From: an uncultured Gammaproteobacteria bacterium
Lineage (GTDB): Bacteria > Patescibacteriota > Microgenomatia > JALYQM01
Reading direction: 5' to 3'
DNA length: 64,000 bases
Assembly: GCA_964535655.1 (NCBI GenBank)
Contig: CAZHTP010000001.1
Coordinates: 186,862 to 250,861, forward strand
Shown here: positions 63,988 through 64,000 of the stretch, piece by piece
Layout: each line of letters starts with the position of its first letter
Numbering within the stretch: the stretch's first letter is position 1
Notes under the pieces: model-generated
Databases searched by the model: none
What the model saw: the letters and a program-made list of their open reading frames with translations, nothing else
What the model was told of the DNA's origin: nothing
Translations under genes and position numbers: made by a program

Positions 63988-64000
63988 ACTTTTTTAGATC

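Noticed and set aside
1-64000. Possible alternative genetic code (UGA as Gly/Trp, as in Gracilibacteria/SR1/Mycoplasma).
   Set aside because: All long conserved genes (ftsZ, dnaB, recG, pheT, the class A PBP) are intact full-length ORFs under the standard code. No in-frame TGA interrupts them, so recoding is not needed.
1-64000. CRISPR arrays, rRNA genes, IS elements or transposases.
   Set aside because: I found no regularly spaced direct repeats. The only tRNAs are Leu(CAA) and Val(GAC). No transposase- or integrase-like ORF and no long terminal inverted repeats are visible. The island at 33.4-35.4 kb lacks an identifiable integrase.

Overview
This 64 kb window is low-GC bacterial DNA (my eyeball estimate is about 40% GC; I did not compute it). 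It is a dense, almost gap-free run of housekeeping genes, mostly on the + strand. The gene content and style suggest a genome-reduced, Gram-positive-type (monoderm) bacterium, possibly CPR/Patescibacteria-like, read in the standard genetic code. The clues are a DUF4012-type protein, type IV pilus pilN/pilO, lgt/lspA, a short EF-Ts, a ThrS lacking the TGS domain, and missing pyrH and rimM.

Main contents, in order:
- 1..5 kb: recO, glyQS, a GNAT acetyltransferase and a DMT transporter.
- 4.9..24.5 kb: a long, rearranged division/cell-wall (dcw) cluster: rsmH-ftsL-ftsI-murE-murI-murD-murC-murB-murA-dgkA-mraY-ftsW-murG-ftsQ-ftsA-(unknown small ORF)-ftsZ-rodA.
- 24.5..27.4 kb: rplU, a methyltransferase-like insert, rpmA, parB.
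- 27.4..31.3 kb (minus strand): an envelope module: GT-C-like membrane protein, lepB, a PHP phosphoesterase and two exported proteins.
- 31.4..35.5 kb: MBL hydrolase, dnaB, a small island (TM protein plus HExxH metalloprotease-like protein) abutting tRNA-Leu(CAA).
- 35.5..41.5 kb: lgt, a dksA/traR-like gene, lspA, a receiver domain, rluD, rpsB-tsf-frr, rseP.
- 41.7..44.2 kb (minus strand): a membrane-anchored Clp-like double AAA+ ATPase.
- 44.3..54 kb: tRNA-Val(GAC), a T-box leader plus thrS, a three-gene insertion (citrate-synthase-fold protein, HAD-like hydrolase, CMP-nonulosonate cytidylyltransferase-like), then infC-rpmI-rplT and pheST.
- 54..64 kb: a class A PBP, tyrS, recG, rpmF-nusB-rnc, rpsP-KH-trmD, and pilO/pilN at the window edge.

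The most striking global signal is that many genes sit 6-10 nt downstream of an extended -10 box (TGnTAnAAT-like) with no Shine-Dalgarno sequence. This points to widespread leaderless transcripts, and it means several ORF-track start codons lie inside the promoter and should be trimmed.

The candidates I rate most interesting are:
- the membrane-anchored Clp-like ATPase with a degenerate first ATPase domain;
- the accessory insertion splitting the normally contiguous thrS-infC operon;
- the unknown ORF between ftsA and ftsZ;
- the methyltransferase-like gene between rplU and rpmA with a degenerate motif IV;
- the compositionally odd metalloprotease island next to tRNA-Leu.

No CRISPR array, rRNA or obvious transposase is visible.
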